Source of the DNA: Phoronis australis
Lineage: Eukaryota > Animalia > Phoronida
Direction of reading: 5' to 3'
Assembly (NCBI GenBank): GCA_002633005.1
Contig: NMRA01000616.1
Span: 1 to 64,000 of the forward strand
DNA length: 64,000 bases
Position numbers and translations under genes: made by a program. A model generated the notes under the pieces. It did not search any database. It saw only the letters and a list, made by a program, of their open reading frames with translations, and was not told the origin of the DNA. Position 1 is the first letter of the stretch. Each line of letters begins with the position of its first letter. Positions 1 through 13,149 of the stretch are shown here, piece by piece.

Positions 1-860
1 CAAACAAGTGTCGTCAGCGTACTGGATCAATTTAAACTCAGAAACACCTATCCTGACACCAGTGATGCCACCATCCTGACGAATTAAATTACCCAATATT
101 TCTACACATAATAAAAAAAGGTAAGGAGAAATGGGGTCTCCTTGACGACAGCCTCTCTCCATTTCAAAAAATTCAGAGAAAAATAAATCCATGTTGGAGA
201 ACACAGAGACAAGATTTGTTGTAGAGTGTTTTGACCATGTCAATGAACCTTGGGCCAAAGTTAAAGTATGATAATGCCTTGAGGATGAAAGACCAGGAGA
301 CCGAGTCGAAAGCTTTTTCAAAATTGATCATTAACAGGAGTCCGGGAAAGGGTTTACAGTCTAAAAATTGAATTACATCATATAAAATTCTTATGTTTTC
401 CCCAATATATCTGCCTTTCATGAAACCTTGTTGGTTCTCGTGAATAAGGGGTCCGAGGACGCCTTTTAGGCGTCTAGCAATACAACCAGACAAAAGTTTG
501 TAAGTAATATTCAATAGTGAAATTGGACGCCAATTTTTTATGAATTCTCTTGGTTTATTTTCTTTTGGTATTATTGAGATAATACCCTGTTTTTGCGATG
601 TAGATAATTCTCCTTTATTAATACCTTCTTCAAAAGATCGGAACAAGTAATATTTAAGGTCTGGCCAAAAAAATTTTAAAATTCTACATTGAAACCATCT
701 GGTCCAGGACTTTTGTTTTTTAAATCTTTCAGAGTTGCATGAATTTCCTCCAAAGTGATAATTTTTTCAAGTTCGACTCGGTTCGACTAATGAATTTCCT
801 CCAAAGTGATAAATTTTTCAAGTTCGACTCGGCTCGACTGGTTCAATTTAGGCATTGGGC
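1..860 (-). mobile_element. Non-LTR retrotransposon (L1/Tx1-like) reverse transcriptase fragment, degenerate, running off the window edge
   Basis: Minus strand encodes KSPGPDGF, NWRPISLLN, QQGFMKGRYIGENIR, INFEKAFDSVSW, GCRQGDPISPYLF and QYADDT (near bases 10-24), with frameshifts. Contains an internal 51-bp tandem duplication starting at 739 and 790. Confidence 0.9.
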
Positions 861-1077
861 ACGATCTATTGAAAAAGTTCATACGAAATTTAATGACCCA
901 TAAGTGAATTTTTTTATTTTACTGTATGTGCCCATACGCCTACATTCAAAAGTACGCCTTCATTCGAAATTAGCCGCATGCAGCTATATGGGAACCAACT
1001 GAGTGAAGCGATGCTTGAAATTAGTTTTCTAGCGCATCCCATCATTTAAAAAATAACCCTTGTCTCGCAGAATGCAG

Positions 1078-2626
1078 TGATATGCAGTAAAATGTAACAA
1101 TTTTGTAAAATGTAACAATGACGTAAAATGTAATGTTGCTAGGCCTCTCCTAAAATGTAACAAGCTGTTACGTTTTATGTATAACTAAGTGTTGAATTTC
1201 TCATGCAAGAAATGTACTATTGTAACATTTTACTAAAGCGACGACACATTTCACGAGGTTGCATGGTATTTGTCACGCGGAGGAAAACGGTTTACGCACT
1301 TAACGGCTTTTTTCTCGAATCGTTTGAATGAAATTCTATCAAATGTGCCAGCTCGAATTTATAGATGTGTCCCTATGTGCTTCCCATTGTTTTTTAACAT
1401 GAATAGTTTCTTGGTACTGTCAAAAATGTACCCCGTACAGTTTCAACTCCAAACGAAAGAAGTTTCCAGGATCGGGTAACAAGTTTGTTCTTGTTAAAGC
1501 GTTCTTGCAATCTTTTGTTTCACAGGTCATAAACCAATCCGGCATTACAGTAAACACACTGCCTTGGTAAGCACAGCAGAAACAATGATATCGTATTTTG
1601 GCAAATATTTATCGTGTTTCTTCTGGAAAAATGACCACAACAATTTTTTTCTCGAAGAATTGAATTTGAGAAGCCAGCTTTATCGAAAAAAATCAACCGT
1701 TTTTGTCTTATTAGTTATATCACGAGCAATACGTTGCTTGCCGATAGTATAGGAATAATCAATCAAGTTGGCGCAAATCTGAACAAGATTTTATATCTCA
1801 ACCTCCTCGTTTCCGAAAAGTAGGCCTACTCTGCATCCACAGGGGTAAAGATGTTTCTCACAATATTGTTAGGGTTGAACTTAGGAACTCCATTAAAATT
1901 TTTTGAAACAGCACTCGCTGCCCATTATTGGAAGCCCGATTAAAACATTGAACCATAAATGAGATGATTTTAAAATCTTTGGGGACCATTATGTATTAAA
2001 AACTTTGCTAAGCATGTATTGTGTACATTGCTCTCTGTCCTCGTAAAATAAACTCAACAGTAATAACAATAACAATAATAACAATAACAAAAGCAATAAT
2101 AACAGTAATAATGACAATGGTTAGCTAAATTCATGCCGTGTCAGCCAGGAGGGTATGCGACAAATGCTGACCAAAGGGGTGTTTTTTCACAGCAAAAATA
2201 CTCTCTCTAAAATGTTGCCATTTTCGACAAAACATTATCTAAAAGAATGTCCGTTCTGCATTCCTGGAACAGAACAATGAGAAAATGGGAATTTTTACAT
2301 AAAATTACCTTTTAAATGGGTAACTTTTTTGTCCTAGCCCAATCTTTAAATGGGTAGGCTAGGTATTCAAATTTGGCAGCACCCCTCATCCAAAAATACT
2401 CGAGTACCCCCAGTCGTGTCAGACACCACTTGTTCGTGACTTTGGTCATTTACTTTGTGATATGACGCCTGGTTTGTAAAATGTGACAATGGTACAATTC
2501 TAGCAGCGCATTCGACGTAAAATGTAACAACTTGTTACATTTTAAGAGATACTTAGCAACGTAAAATGTAACAATGACGTAGTTGTTACATTTTACGAAA
2601 TTGTTACTACATTTTACGACGTATCA
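1078..2626. mobile_element. Non-autonomous DNA transposon with ~110-bp imperfect TIRs made of AAATGTAACAA sub-repeats
   Basis: 1078-1180 is the approximate reverse complement of 2520-2626. A second partial copy occurs at 16583-16819 plus 17845-17955. No clear TSD. Confidence 0.65.
2145..2413. mobile_element. MITE nested in the previous element, probably MULE-type (9-bp TSD)
   Basis: Termini CCAGGAGGGTAT...GAGTACCCCCAG, flanked by ccgtgtcag (2136-2144) and tcgtgtcag (2414-2422). Confidence 0.55.
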
Positions 2627-3775
2627 GAGGTTCACGTTCATAGCTATAGACCTTAACCTTTTCATCAAGGTTTTTCCAGGCGTGCTCGCCAAAACTGTTA
2701 CGGCTCTGCTCGGCTAGAGTCAGCGAAAACTAATAAAAATATTTCAAGGACAATTCATTACATCCAGACTGTCAAGCTGACATAAACGAACTGCTCACTC
2801 AAACTGATGGTCCTATAAGCTCTAAAATACCAACATAAATCTGCGTACATCGGTGTGAAAGAATGACCCTGGGTGGGGCTTAATGCAGATAACAATAGCA
2901 CATAACCTATCACTTCAGGTCAAGTACGAAGTTCCAGTAACGACTAAATAAATATAAGGAGCAACAAATTGAGATGACACTGACCTGGCCAGCTTTAGAC
3001 TACAGGGAGGTAAGAGCAACTAAATTTGATATTTTTGAGGCAAAACAATTCCCGTAAACCACGTCAATTAATCCCCCCAAGTATTGAGCTAGCTTGAAAT
3101 TTTTTTACAAAATCTCAGAAGCTGTTAAGTAGTCATTAGAGGAAATAACATTTCAAATTGGTCTAAAAATCAGAACATGTTCATGTGGATCACCGTTGCA
3201 TTGCGACATGCGGTCCCAAAAACAAAAATTGTGAGACTGTATTAAAAAGAAAACATTAACCGGCAAAGTTTGAAGGTCCGTAAATGTTCGTGTTTGCTCA
3301 TTTTGGCTGGTGTGATGATGGATGTATCATCGTCACAAATGTAACTAGACTGCTGTATCTTAGCCCCAACTTTCATAAAAATGTCATAACCATTTATAGA
3401 ACTTGAATTTGAAGCTGCATTTCACCTTGTTTAGCTGGCTAAAACAAAATCGAGATAAGCTATTTACGGTCACAAATAAGTGAACAGATTCTATTTCCGT
3501 CACCAACAAGAAAATGGCGCATCTTTGCATTCCCTGTGAGTCAGAAACGCCGGAAACCTATCACGGCGAGGAACATATGAGACTGATTTTTGAGAACGCT
3601 TTTTCAACAGTCTCATTTCAATATCGGAGAGGGGTTTACTTTCAGTGCATATGATGGAATTGCACACGATTTAGAAGCCATCATGCCATGCAATAAATCA
3701 TCTTGTCTGTACCAGTTGGCTGATTTTAGTTGAATAACTTAATATTTTTTATCTTTTATCCATTAGTTTCTAGTT

Positions 3776-3921
3776 TATTGAGCTTGTCTATCCAAAATTG
3801 TTCTCTTTTGAGTCTGTTTAAGTTTAATCCATGAGATTCTAGTGTATTGAGCTTGTCTATCCAAAATTGTTCTCTTTTGAGTCTGTTTACATCTATGTTT
3901 AATTCATGAGGTTCTAGTGTA
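3776..3921. repeat. Local tandem duplication (~70 bp x2)
   Basis: tattgagcttgtctatccaaaattgttctcttttgagtctgttta...ttctagtgt occurs twice. Confidence 0.85.
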
Positions 3922-4059
3922 TCGTTACCATTTACCTGGTGTATTTTTTATTCCACAAGTAGATTTTAACCAATGGCAGGGTAAATTTGTACAGAGTATG
4001 CAGAAAAACATACTTGTGAAATTTTGTTCGACATGTTAGCAACAGTTATAGTCAAAACT

Positions 4060-5350
4060 TGTCCTGTCAGTCTCATCTGTAGTAGAAGAATACAAAGTTA
4101 CCAAAGTCCGAGCCAGCACCACTCTACGGAATCCATCTGACCAGGCCAACAGGGGATGCAGTATCCAGTCACTCACCGCAAGGAAGTGATCCACCATCCT
4201 GAGTATCAGTGAAGCAGAGATTCGGCTGAGGCACAGGCAGTTAGTAGAAACAGCTGGCCATGGTTGACAAGGGCTGGGCTACAAGACCTGTAAGCCAGCA
4301 TGGGAAAGATCTAAAGACCCGCTCAGAGACAAAACAATCAGGGAGGTTAGATCATCAGAGAACGAAGAAAGGTACGCCCGAGGAGTCCAGATGGGCTAAC
4401 AGGGAGCATGGACCAAGTGGTACAAAGTCGTACAAGGGGAAGTCAAGTGGGCTGATTTGTGGAATATGTCTCCTCTGAAAGTCAAATTCCTCATTAGATC
4501 TGTTTACGACGAATTGCCTACTCCCAGCAACCTTGCTACTTGGGGCCTTACTGACAACCCGAGCTGTATTCAGTGTGGGCGCAGATGTACTTTACAGCAC
4601 ATCCTATCATCTTGCAGCCGCGCTATTTGGCATCAGGAAGGTACACCTACCGACACAACCAGGTACTGAAAGTTTTTGCAAGGGTGTTGGTTGACGAGGT
4701 CAAGAGCAAACCGAAGCCGAGATGCCACCGCATCGAATTCATCAATTTCATAAGAAGTGGTGATGAGGCGAGTTAAAGGAAGACCCCAGCGCAGAAATGC
4801 ATCCTGCACACAGCCAACGACTGGAGAGTGTGGGCAGACCTTGCCGGTCATCAGTCACTCTTCCCTCAACACATTGTCCAGACGACCCAGCGCCCTGACT
4901 TGGTTATTTACTCGAAGAGTTCCCACCAGGTCATCTTGATTGAGCTCACTATCCCGTGGGAGAGTAGGGTGGAAGAGGCACACGAGCGAAAGACCTTGTA
5001 GTATGCAGCCCTGAGCCATGACTGTCATGTTAACGGCTGGAGATGTCGGAGTTTTCCTGTGGAGGTCGGCTGCCGGGGTTTTCCGGCCAGTTCGGTCATT
5101 ACCATGGCGAGGTCTCTTGGCATCTCCGTGTCAGGAAAGAAGGCTCTGCTACGCGACGTAGCCTCTGAAGCTGAACAGGCATCTTGTTGGATTTGGATGA
5201 AATACCTACAGCAACACCATCAGCAACCGTCACACAGAGCCTGATCAACTCTGTTGTCCCGCCTATTAGAGATGGTCTTGGTTTAGGGACGAAACCATTA
5301 AGGACAGTAGGAGACCAACTGAAGATGGCGGTTGAGCACAGTTCCATCAA
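4060..5350 (+). mobile_element. 5'-truncated Hero/NeSL-like non-LTR retrotransposon with C-terminal CCHC knuckle and restriction-like endonuclease (RLE), pseudogenised
   Basis: Frameshifted translation gives SSVVEEYKVTKVR, FLIRSVYDELPTPSNL, C-x2-C...HILSSC (CCHC), RYTYRHNQVL, RPDLVIYS...VILIELTIPWESRVEEAHERK (PD-(D/E)xK-type RLE), FPVEVGCRGF, AEQASCWIW. Stop at 5242-5244, followed by a structured 3' UTR. Confidence 0.85.
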
Positions 5351-5593
5351 GTATTTAAAGTAAGTTCTAATGTACTTCATTCTTGCGCTTCAACGACACA
5401 TTTTAAATAGTATGTGACATTTACGTACGAGTGGACGCTGAAATCGCTGATTGCCATGGCTGCACGGAAGGTACACTGACACAAGCTTTATCTACTACGA
5501 AATTATCTAAGCTTCTAAGCTTATGGTATTCTTGATAGTGCGAAAACTCCAATTAGTGTCTCTCGATCGTTTTAAACCTCGAAGGGAACATAA

Positions 5594-5674
<81 letters not shown>

Positions 5675-5700
5675 GGTATACGTATATGTATATGTATATA
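5594..5700. repeat. Compound microsatellite (TA)n(TG)n
   Basis: Directly visible. Confidence 0.98.
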
Positions 5701-7359
5701 CAGGCTTAGTTACAGAACAAAGAAAATTTATCATCTTTTGCGGGGCACTACGACGCCGGAATCCAAGAAACAGAAAAGTCAAGTGATACAAATCTTACGG
5801 GCTCAGTGGCATTGTGAAAATAAAGTCTGCCCCCCTGTAAAATATGTCCTACCTGCATAAATGGGGCAGCTACGTACATGTAAATCACTGAATATCACGG
5901 GCCCTTGTGTTAGAATTAAAATACATGCTGGCAGTACAGTACATGTTTTACAAGGGACATTATAAACTACCACACCGGATTTATTAATGGGCAAAACAGG
6001 AAAGTAAAAGGAGATCGAGATGTGCCTGCACAGAGCGAAGAACCTGCACTCCCAAGATTCCACACAGCCTTGTCGCCATGTAAACAAATTATGGTGATAT
6101 TTTTGCTTTAAAAGTGCTGTCGATGAAAATAGCATAAAAGGCTCATATTTTTCCATGTATGGAAAATTCAGTTTTCTGAGACAATGAGAATTTTGTAACG
6201 CTAAGAGTATCAATGTGAAATCCTTTTCCGACAAATGCTTTACCATATCCGTGTATTTGTTTGTAACGGCGGTGCGGAATAGATGCCGACGCAGCCCAGG
6301 TCCTTTTTAGTAATGCGCTCATGGGTGAGATTGTGCAAAGGTGCCGAAACACTTTCTGGAGCGCCATATAGCGCTTTTAGGGTATGCCAAAACCCGTTCA
6401 TGCAAAAAAACAAACGCTGCATGATGTAGTCCTTAAGGAAAGAGGTGCTTTCTTCTACTTGGCTCTCTAGCTAAAGAATGCCACACCACAAGTGTTTTTC
6501 TCCTGTGTGAGATGACCCTGACTAATCGTCTTATATTGACGCTTTAAAATTGGTTTGAATGTTTTAAAAGAATTAGTTTCATAAAAAATAAATGAAAATG
6601 AGTCGATGTTGATGATAATTTTCTTGACGTGGAAAGTTTTTGGGTTCAAGTTGGACGAAGTAAATTTTCAAAAGTTTTTGAAACACTAGAATTTTTGAGT
6701 CTCATATCTTTTAATTGAAATTACTTGCGGTTTGAGGCCAGCAATGGCCAAGAAATAACTTAGTTGCGTACTCGCTACACGTGCGTGAAGCGTTACAAAG
6801 TTTCCAAATGCGGCCTACTATTAGAAGAAAAAAATGTAGTATGTTCACAAAAAATATCTGCTATATGAGACACGAAGAAATTCAGTTATCATCTACGCAA
6901 ATAATCCAGAAAATGCACCTACCGTTGTTAGTATAGTAAAATATGCGCTTCGGCTTGAAACTTAGAATAATGATGTCTCCGAAGTTCACATTTTGCCTTT
7001 TCTATCAATAAAATAAATTGAAATAATTAAATCACCTTAAATAATTATGGGCCCGGCCTCGTAAGCATTTTTTAATACTATCTCATGAAGATTAAGAGGA
7101 AATCCAAAGCGAGGCTAACACTATTTCCTGTTTACAGTCATGGCAACCTCCTCTGTGCTGGATGATGATGTCTTTGCATTTGTTTTAAACATGACGCATA
7201 GCTTTGTGGAATCTTATTGTAAAAATTCTTCACTGTCAACAGACTCGAATCATCTGTTGAAAGGGCACAATTACTTCAGTGAAGGTTTTATAGCATTGAA
7301 AAAAATGTCCGTAGTTTTACGGGCTATATAAGCATTATTTAGTTGTTGAGCTGTCAACT

Positions 7360-7817
7360 TGTGATTGCTACGGACTCACAGAGCACGCTAAGCAAAATCA
7401 AGAGTGGCTTCATTAAATCAGAATGGAAGGAAGCACTAGAAGGAAGCAAGCTGAAACACCTGGTGTGGTTGTTTACCCCTGGACATGCTGGAGTGACGTG
7501 GAATCAAAGGGCAGATGACCTGGCAGGAAAGGCAGAACTTTTGGAAGATGTCACTTGGAGCGATAAGACCAGGAAATGGAGGCTCCCTCAGAAAGCCCCA
7601 CCCTGGAAAGACTAACTGAGCTTCATGTTGTCAGAGGAAGCGGCACCAGAACCACCTTACGTGGAGAAAGTAGATACCGTATTAACCAGCTCAACATGGG
7701 AACCATCAGCAGTGTGACTCTTTCTTTGCTGCTGCAGAGAAAGACTGAGCACTTGTGGACCTGTCCAATGTGCAGTGATGTCTGTCCCTGAGACAAAGAC
7801 AAAGACAAAGACAAAGA
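7360..7817 (+). mobile_element. 5'-truncated RNase H-containing LINE with (GACAAA)n tail and 13-bp TSD
   Basis: RNase H motifs VIATDSQS...WLFTPGHAGVTWNQRADDLAGKA; tail gacaaagacaaagacaaagacaaaga; perfect TSD tgagctgtcaact at 7347-7359 and 7818-7830. Confidence 0.85.
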
Positions 7818-8713
7818 TGAGCTGTCAACTGGCGTGTCGTTGTAACGGTGCCTACTTCATTGCATTTTTTGTTTCGCAAAAAGAATTCAACGATACCAGT
7901 GAGTGGCAAAATTACTGAAACGTTTAGTACCGTAAGATTCTTTGGTAAAATCACTAGATCATTTCGCGAGTCAATCACTCATTTGCTTAAAACATCTTTT
8001 TGATTTGATTCATTTAGTAAATTTTGTCAAAATACAACTGGTGTTCCTATGATTCATTCATTTTTTCAACTGCAGTAGTCTCTTGTTGTTCATTGTACAT
8101 GAACAATTTGAGACTCCGTGAACTGAAACTTTAATTTCACTTACCGACTAAATTTATAGTCTATTATGCTTATAAGTAACAAATATAAAAGTTAATGCCC
8201 TGGGTACGACTTGTCATAGTATTTCATGGTATTATTCATTCACAATAAGTCGTCTGATTTAAGTTTTGTTATAAACATGCACTGTCCACATTTGATAGAC
8301 TGAGCCAGTCATGTTCCAGGAAATGGGAGTGTGACTTTCCTTGCTGCACCTAATGATTCTCCCCACTTGTATTCTCCAACTGGCCATCCATTGTTTTTTT
8401 TTGCTTTCTCACTCCTTTGTTGCTCAGAAATGGATGGATGTTCAGTTTTACATACTTTTCATTGAGTGCTAAATAATTAGAAATCTTTTGCCAGACAGGC
8501 ACATTGTCCTCAAGTTCTAGCAAGTCAACAAATCCACTCAGTTTAGTAATAGCGTCACCTGATATCGAGCCAGTGTACAATGACGATACAATTAAATATG
8601 CTATTGTGCCTCACGCAGCTATCCCAGCCAGGGCTTTACAGGTAGTAGTGACCTTTGTACTGGGCGAGTTTGCCAACATAGCGTGGCTGGTCTATGACTT
8701 TTGTGGATGGGTA

Positions 8714-9134
8714 CTGCTGTACGTGAACGTTTCCTGCTTAATCTCAAGATCGCGTATGCGTGAACTTGGAATTGAATATTCTTTAAGGCAAAAAGGTGAA
8801 ATTTTTGTTTGGTGAAAACATTTTTTTTAATTATTCGCCTCACGATCAACAATTTTCTCCGTTAACGTAACTTGTTTCGCTTAACCGGAGGAATATGTGA
8901 ATGGCTAAATTGATTATTGTTTGGTGAAACTGATCGCCCGTAGTTGAAAACGTTGGTGAAAATTGACATTATTTTATTCAAATGTAACTTGATTTAGTGC
9001 AATGCAAATTTTTATGAACATGAACGTGATTACTTGAGTGAACTTGTCAAGTTGCCTAGCGTATTCCAAGTTCACGCAACACTCACTCTGCTTAATCTTG
9101 AGATTAAGCAGGATTCCAAGTTCACGTACAGCAG
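8714..9134. mobile_element. MITE with long TIRs and 3-bp GTA TSD inserted in the transposase relic
   Basis: Termini ctgctgtacgtgaac...gttcacgtacagcag; GTA at 8711-8713 and 9135-9137. Removing it restores the reading ...FKELYPSTKVID on the - strand. Confidence 0.8.
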
Positions 9135-9214
9135 GTACAACTCTTTAAATGTACTGGGCATTAATTGCTGTATAACATGCATGTTTTGGGAAGCCCATCA
9201 AATGGGAATCGAAA

Positions 9215-9323
9215 GTAATGGTCTGATATAACGTGCCCGAATTTTGAGAACCATTTTTCTCCACTGAATAACGGGAAGAAACTTGTTCTCAAAATATATG
9301 GGCACGTTATATCGGACTATTGC
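9215..9323. mobile_element. Small foldback MITE in the transposase relic
   Basis: gtaatggtctgatataacgtgccc...ttttgagaac is inverted as gttctcaaaa...gggcacgttatatcggactattgc. Confidence 0.7.
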
Positions 9324-12300
9324 CGAATCAAACCCAAGATAACGAAGTATAGAATATTAGCCCAGGCCATTATTTTCCTGCTTAAGCTACAGTTGCTGCT
9401 GAGCGTAGACCTGTTGACAAGACTTGCTCCAACAATCCTACTCTAAAGACAAAAAAGTTCATCAAGAAGACTCATACACCAAGGTCTGCCAACTCTGCTA
9501 ATAACTTCCAATGCACGGCAAGTGGTTATATAATATTCATACACATTCATGTGAATATCTATGTGATTAGCATGAACTTTTCACCTAGCTGTAAATGTTC
9601 TGGTATATCTTTCAAATTCAACACAGTTTAGAATGAGTGAAAATTATGAAGTTCAGAGGTTCCACCAGGGGAAGTACTGTTTGCCTGACTGCTCCTTTCA
9701 GTTGAAATGATTCGTTCATACACTTGAGAGGGCAGGGGTCACCTTTACGGTATTCGGTGTAATAAGAAAACCTTCACGGCTGTATGCACTCCAGCCTGAT
9801 AAGTGAGCTGAGGTCACCGTTTTTGGTGGAACATTCAAGGTTTGTCATTTTTCTTGAATTCCAGAGAATATGCAATTAAAATAACGTTTTACCTTGGGGA
9901 AGTTCAAGATGCTGCATGCCAAGTGGTGTGCAAGTAGGTGCTGTCTATTCAAACATCGCGGCCACTGGCCACTGACAGCGTTTTCCCGTTCAGTGACTCT
10001 AGCAGACGAAGGGGGTTCTGAGCGCGTGATAACATCTAGCTTCTTTGTTAACTGCCAAGCACAGTCTTTTGTCTGTAATGACAACAGGTACGCCAATTAT
10101 CTACCAGGCTTATTACAGACCACGTGTGAACACCGTCAAACCCTAAGTGAATTGGTGCCGGGTACATTCGGAAAGAATAGATTATCGTAACTTTGCTTGC
10201 AGTTGAGCGATTTTGGCTATTCAAAAACTAAACATGATCACTATTTGACGAGGATTTCAGAAATGCTATTGGTTTATGTTCAAATATGTTATAACTTAAT
10301 TTTTGTGTTTAACAGCACAGCCCAGTCAGGCTATATACATACGATCTTATATAAGATTAAAGCAATTATCGAACAAAAGAGAGCTGGCCCTCTAACCATG
10401 AATGCCAGAATGGGGTTAATCAGTCGTGTAAGATATTGGCTGCAGGGGTAAACTTCCCAACTTGTTGTTGGGCAATAGAACCGAACAACGTTGGGAGCAA
10501 CGGGAAAACGTCGTAATGACATTAGAGTCGACTAGAACTGACATGGATACTGCACCCCGTGGCGAGGTTAGATGAGACTTCACTTAAACGTATTACAGGA
10601 CATACACCATTGCTGAGGAAGTTAGAGCGGTTATACAGTTTTGACTGGTTTTCTATTGCATCAATCTGTAATATCACTATATTAAAAAACCTGGATAGTC
10701 TTGTCCCGGCTTTTGTATCGTGGTCATTTTGAAAACCTCTTGTTGTGCACCCGTGCAGTGAGTGTTCCGCTGCACTCAGTGTCTTAATGCTGAGTATGCT
10801 ATACACACTTTCACAGCGCTACCTGACGTAAGGTAGCACTTTGGAATGTTCTTTATCATGTGAAATCGACGTCATGACATTCAGTTATTCCCACTGGTTG
10901 AAATCTGAGAAAACCTTTCAAGTTGCGTAGTATGGCGACCACCTTTGACTTGAATAGTCGCAATTTATTAAAACGGCTGTGATCGAAATAAACAGAATCA
11001 AGGGAACCCCTATCCCGTGGCTCAAGCCCAAACACTGAGTACAATACATAGAAGGCGTTTGCAAGTGTTGGTGATGTGATCGATAAACTTCCGACCAAGC
11101 ATGCGCATTGAACCCCGCACACGGAATTCCGTGTGTCGTTCATCATGTTTTTGCAGGGCCACTTTTCCTTAAGGATGGCGCTATGTCATAGGGTAAGTAT
11201 ACTACTGAGTGTGACTGTGGGTGTCATTAGGTCTTTTAAAGGAGCATTCATATGTTGCGTCATCACTCGAGGGGTGAGAGGAGGTTTGTAAAGATTACAA
11301 TTTGCAACAGGGGGAAAGGTGTTACACTAATGGTGACGTCATCGAATGGTTTGTTACCAATATCTCCATCAAACTGATTCACCTTCTAGAGCTCCCATAC
11401 CAAAATGTCTTCTTGCAAACACTTGCAGCAAGCTTGCAGCAAAGTTGCCACAGGCTTGCTGCAAAAGTTTCTGCGAACCAGCGGCAAACACATGGAACCA
11501 TCTTGAGTCAAAGAATGTTTGTATGTTTCCTGGAACCTAATAAGTTTGCATTAAGCTTGCAGGAAACATCTCCATTTGGTTATACGGAATAGTTTCCTCA
11601 AATCAGCCGGTCACATTGCTGCAAGGATCCTGCAAGCATCTTCATGTGACTATAGATGGGAATTTCCGCAAACCAGCCGCAGTCATTGCTGCAATGCAGC
11701 AAACAATGCAATAATTCACCAAACTACATTAAATTGCGTTCATGTGCATGTTTAATACATGCAAATTAAACCAAAAAAATTTTGACAAAAATATAATTTT
11801 CTCTCATGCCCAGGTGACAAAATCAGAAATATAAAATCAAGTAGATACAGAGTTTTGGTTTCAGTTTCATAGTTAGCGATAATAATAGTTAGCAATAATA
11901 CTGTAGTTAGCAAAAATATTAATGTCACTATACTCTGTCTCCCAAAATCGTGTGTAAACACAACAACCTACATGTATGCAGGCCTGTAGGGTAATCTAAG
12001 TTACGACAAAGAAAGACTGTTTCAAAGTCGTATAATGCATAACAAAAACCTATGGTAATTATGAAAAATCAGGAGTTTCCCGTTCATTGAAAATTGACAA
12101 AGTTTTGAAGCAGATTTGTGGCTGACTTTCTGCTTTCCCTTTCAGATTTTTGCAAAAACTTTGACCAAGACTCATTCCGTTGTGTAAAACTATGTTATAA
12201 TCAGTTGCACCTGAATTGACGTTTACCTGCCTTTATTTTGAACAAATAAGAGACTCACAATCTCTTCACGCACACTACCATGTTAAGAAAAAGACTCGAG

Positions 12301-13149
12301 CTTAAGCCGTCACCTAACTGCGCTGCACAAAATGACCAAACATTAAGTCTAAGCCCAAGGCGATTAACATGATTTTCTAGAACCCCTTCGACCCCCACAC
12401 CCCACGACCACTTCGACCCACTACCCACGACCCACTCATCCCAGTATATATGCTGTGGGACACTGAGGTGTCATGAAGTACAAACTGTAGCATCTAAGTC
12501 ATGCGCGCACCCAGCCTAAAAATGGCGGGTTCGAATTTTTGAGAAAGTGGACCTTAAAAAACTGGGTACGTTCAGACCTCTGAATTGTGCATTCGCCCAA
12601 TTTTGGTAGTTCCTGTCTTTTTAGGGGACTTTTGTCTCGTTTTCTACTTTTTAGGGCTTTTTGTTTCACTGAGACAGACATTTTTGCCCACTTTGCCAAG
12701 TGGGGAGCTCGAGCCCCCAGCCCCCCTTGTGTGCACGCACGTAGGCCTACGTGTGGAGGAATACGAATAGGCAACTGGAATGGCGATAGTCTTATGGACA
12801 ATGTTTTAGGACATGGATTTTTTGGAGAAGTGGCGGTGGAGTTCTAGGCTTTACTAGCCTGTATGATTCGGTCATTTCACTGAAGTATTGTTGTAAATCT
12901 TGCAGCTCGTCGCTGCACCATTTCAATCGTATGGGTGAGAGATTTTGTTTGAGGTGACCATACTTTTGAGCAGTACTCTAGTTTTGGTCTAAATAGAGCG
13001 GCACAAGCTTTTCCCTTCATGTTTCGCCTAAGAAATCCAAGGGTTTTACTGGCACAAACAGCAGTTACATGTACATTAATAGGAGAATTGTCGGAAGTAG
13101 TACAGTGGCGGGGGCCTGCCCCTGCCCCCCTAAATCCGCGTATGTAGCA

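Larger units (their letters stand above)
7140..9830. mobile_element. Degenerate ISL2EU/Harbinger-type DNA transposon relic: DDE_Tnp_4-type transposase on the - strand (~8380-9830) and a convergent second-ORF remnant on the + strand (7140-7330)
   Basis: Minus-strand remnants: GRPWCMSLLDEL...RVGLLEQ (HTH region), MPSTFKELYPSTKVID, QYKGH-TCKALAGIA..GTIAY..VSSLYTGSISGDAITKLSGFVDLLELED, VKLNIHPFL. The plus-strand LLKGHNYFSEGFI resembles the N-terminus of SWIM/YqaJ partner proteins (inferred). Termini not identified. Confidence 0.7.

Noticed and set aside
5507-5860. THTHTH/CVCVCV ORFs (also 33060-33242)
   Set aside because: Translations of microsatellites.
11390-11710. TTGCAGCAA-rich segment as a possible structured RNA
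   Set aside because: More simply explained as sub-terminal repeats of an unclassified DNA transposon; its ends could not be defined.
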